From an uncultured virus (IMG/VR IMGVR_UViG_3300011906_000002) (taxonomy: Duplodnaviria; Heunggongvirae; Uroviricota; Caudoviricetes), in the IMG/VR virus record IMGVR_UViG_3300011906_000002, positions 186,001 to 223,076 of that record: 37,076 bases of DNA. One strand, written 5' to 3'. Below the pieces are notes generated by a model, which saw only the letters and a list, made by a program, of their open reading frames with translations, was not told the origin of the DNA and ran no database searches. Shown in pieces: positions 35,108 through 37,076 of this stretch (its first letter is position 1; each line of letters starts with the position of its first letter). Made by a program: the position numbers and the translations under genes.

Positions 35108-35911
35108 ATGTCTGAGAAACGTTTTTTCGGTTTTACCGAATTTTCGAGCTGGGTGTCGACTAAGGTTAGCGATGCTCTCGCTATCGTCGATGCGGCCCTA
35201 AGCTCCACTGTGAAAAAGACCGATGACTTCGGTCAATACAAGGTCGGCGAGCTGGAACTGTCTGCGCTTCTGGCAGACTTGGCTTCGGGGGCTGATCTGG
35301 CGACCCTGCAACAAGGCTTCAATGATTTCGTCGCTGCTAAGGCCACGACTCTGGAAGCCGTCGCCGGTACTGATGACGTCAAGTACATCACTGCTCTGAC
35401 AGCCAAAGCGGCCATCGAGGCAGCGGTTAACGACCTGGTTGGTTCTTCTCCGGAAGCACTGAACACCATCGCCGAACTGGCAGAAGCACTGTCGAACAAC
35501 CCAGACGTGATCACTGAACTGACTACCCTGGTAGGCCAAAAGCTTGATGCAAACGCACAGGCCACTGACTCTGCCAAGCTGGGTGGTCAACTGCCTGGTT
35601 ACTACGCTACCGCTGATCAAGTGGCTAGCAAGCTGGATTCGACTGCTACTGCTGCTGACTCTCAGCGTCTGGGTGGTCTGTTGCCGGGTAGCTATGCAAC
35701 TGCTGAAGCCTTGGCTGGCAAACTGGGCACTGGTGCTCAAGCTACCGACTCGGCTAAGTTGGAAGGGCGTTCCAAAGCTGAAGTCATGGCCGACACCAAG
35801 GCTTTTCTGGCTCTGGGCACTGCGTCTAAATCCGACATCTTCGTATCCACTGTGGACCCGATCTCTACCGATGGTAAAGACGGCGACCTCTGGATCAAGT
35901 ACACTCCGTAA
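35108..35911 (+). CDS. Short tail fibre (MSEKRFFGF family, module 3)
   Basis: 267 aa; LVGSSPEALNTIAELAEAL.NNP, three KL......DS..L.G repeats, terminal P...DG.DGDLWIKY motif. Confidence 0.85.
   Translation: MSEKRFFGFTEFSSWVSTKVSDALAIVDAALSSTVKKTDDFGQYKVGELELSALLADLASGADLATLQQGFNDFVAAKATTLEAVAGTDDVKYITALTAKAAIEAAVNDLVGSSPEALNTIAELAEALSNNPDVITELTTLVGQKLDANAQATDSAKLGGQLPGYYATADQVASKLDSTATAADSQRLGGLLPGSYATAEALAGKLGTGAQATDSAKLEGRSKAEVMADTKAFLALGTASKSDIFVSTVDPISTDGKDGDLWIKYTP
35540..35770 (+). repeat. Degenerate 90-nt (30-aa) tandem repeat within the fibre gene
   Basis: Units begin at 35540, 35630 and 35720: KLDANAQATDSAKLGG..YATA / KLDSTATAADSQRLGG..YATA / KLGTGAQATDSAKLEG. Confidence 0.8.
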
Positions 35912-35937
35912 ACCCAACCCATTTTGAGGTGCTTTAA

Positions 35938-36558
35938 ATGACCACTTTTTTCTCGGCCTCGCGCCTTGGTCTGTTCAACATGCCGGTTGGTGATGCGGTC
36001 GAACTGAGCGAAGAAGTTGCTGCTGCTCTGACTGCTGAACTGGTTGCCGGTAAAGTGCTTTCGGTTGATGCTGAAGGCAATCCTATCGCAGTAGAAGCGC
36101 CTCAGGCGCCAAGCTACGAAGAGATCTTCCTGAGCAAGCCTATCGCTGAGCGTCTGGCTATCCAACTGGGTCGTCTGAATGCTGATTACGATCAGGCGGT
36201 AGCGGTACTCAACTCCGATTACCCAACTGCTGAAACTCACACTTGGACGCTGCAGGTTACTGAAGCCCGCGAATACCAAGCGTGGATCGACGGCGGTCGG
36301 GTTGGTGACGCTCCTGCAACACCGTTCTTGGCTGAACTGAACGAAGGTCGCGTTGCGGCTAACGTAGGCGAAGGCTTCGAAGACCTGGTGTCGCGTGTCC
36401 TGGCAAACGATGCGGTGTACAGTCCTGCCCTGGCAGCCTTTACTGCGTACCGTCATGGTATTGAAAAGCAACTGCGTACTGCTGAAGTAGTAGGTGACGA
36501 TGCTGCATTCAACGCCATCAGCTGGACCTTTGCTCAACCGGAAGCTCCGGTAGCCTAA
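35938..36558 (+). CDS. Tail-fibre assembly protein
   Basis: FFSAS..G.F..P.DAVELSEE....L......GK....DA.G.P N-terminus (Tfa-like) plus YP..E..TW..Q..EA......TPFL..L...R module. Confidence 0.75.
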   Translation: MTTFFSASRLGLFNMPVGDAVELSEEVAAALTAELVAGKVLSVDAEGNPIAVEAPQAPSYEEIFLSKPIAERLAIQLGRLNADYDQAVAVLNSDYPTAETHTWTLQVTEAREYQAWIDGGRVGDAPATPFLAELNEGRVAANVGEGFEDLVSRVLANDAVYSPALAAFTAYRHGIEKQLRTAEVVGDDAAFNAISWTFAQPEAPVA

Positions 36559-36562
36559 GGTG

Positions 36563-36640
36563 AATCCGTGGGGCCTTCGGGCCTCACGGGTTTTATGCCG
36601 GCATAAAGCGCTCTAAGGGACCGAAGTCCCCCAGAGGCTA
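36563..36640. terminator. Convergent terminator pair joined by palindromic TTTATGCCGGCATAAA
   Basis: Plus strand: AATCCGTGGGGCC-TTCG-GGCCTCACGGGTT-TTATGCCG. Minus strand: GGGAC-CGAA-GTCCC hairpin with CGGCATAAA on its left. Confidence 0.85.
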
Positions 36641-36645
36641 CGCGG

Positions 36646-36915
36646 TTAGAAACCGCAGCGCAACGTGTGAAAATGGATCTCGACTGCTTCACCAACTTCA
36701 AACAACGGGTTCTTCAGTACCATTCGACCAATACCGTAAGTGTTAAAGTAGTCCTGAACTTCTTCAGGTTTACACACCCCGTTGATCACGGTAAAGAACC
36801 GACGTTCCTCACGGTCAGAGACCACGTAGCCATGACGGTTCTCTTCACGAATCGGGTATTCCCGACACTCAAACAGAAACGCCAAGCGCTCTAACGGACG
36901 GACATGGTTAACCAT
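36646..36915 (-). CDS. Hypothetical protein
   Basis: About 89 aa; ATG 36915 after GAGGACAAGGTG; ends at the convergent terminator. Confidence 0.65.
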   Translation of the reverse strand: MVNHVRPLERLAFLFECREYPIREENRHGYVVSDREERRFFTVINGVCKPEEVQDYFNTYGIGRMVLKNPLFEVGEAVEIHFHTLRCGF

Positions 36916-36988
36916 CACCTTGTCCTCGTGTGACCCAGGCCACGATGCCTAACGCACTGACCGCTACCACCACAAGAAAGAGGTCCAT
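36908..36988 (-). CDS. Putative 26-aa single-TM microprotein (not in the ORF track)
   Basis: MDLFLVVVAVSALGIVAWVTRGQGDG*; GAGGTG RBS; TGATG coupling to the upstream gene; stop overlaps the next start. Confidence 0.55.
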   Translation of the reverse strand: MDLFLVVVAVSALGIVAWVTRGQGDG

Positions 36989-37074
36989 CAGAAATCCACC
37001 TCAAACACAGAGTCTTCGTCATCCCGCTCCATCAGACCGACCTTGTACTGACCGTTGGCTTCTTCTTGCGGAGA
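36988..37074 (-). CDS. 3' end of a gene entering from the right edge
   Basis: Open frame ...SPQEEANGQYKVGLMERDDEDSVFEVDF* ending in TGA at 36988-36990. Confidence 0.5.
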   Translation of the reverse strand, partial: SPQEEANGQYKVGLMERDDEDSVFEVDF

Positions 37075-37076
37075 AG

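Noticed and set aside
36667..36894. 75-aa plus-strand ORF
   Set aside because: Lies beyond the plus-strand terminator and antisense to a better-supported minus-strand gene.
1..37076. tRNA, CRISPR array or stop-codon reassignment
   Set aside because: No cloverleaf or repeat-spacer pattern seen in the short intergenic gaps; coding density is high under code 11 and TAA, TGA and TAG all end genes.

Overview
This window looks like part of a jumbo phage genome of the phiKZ-like (nucleus-forming, Chimalliviridae-type) group, using standard genetic code 11. The family assignment and phiKZ gp numbers are recalled from protein motifs and synteny, not from a search. (1) 1-11465: conserved virion block (gp88/89/90/91-like, a gp93-family internal head protein with S-M-E maturation sites, gp98-101-like). 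It is interrupted by an early-promoter islet containing a clear Tad1 anti-Thoeris sponge homologue. (2) 11466-24433: tmk, a minus-strand structural gene, and an early/accessory region with a NUDIX-like enzyme, AmrZ/Arc-like and SspB-like host mimics, an ART-like protein, a thyA with large insertions, a Gp49/Acb4-like protein and a stand-alone LigA domain-Ia protein. (3) 24464-36558: three late-promoter-led tail-fibre modules whose first genes all start MSEKRFFGF. Two of them share a structured 5' leader with a conserved YACTGGCCTC loop. The best candidate for an undescribed system lies inside the second module. Directly behind the long fibre and its tip protein is a tightly coupled run of a cupin-like protein, three divergent membrane fatty-acid desaturases and an HxxxDG acyltransferase/condensation-like enzyme. 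This looks like a phage-encoded acyl-chain tailoring and transfer pathway tied to a receptor-binding module. No tRNA, rRNA, CRISPR array or integrase was seen.
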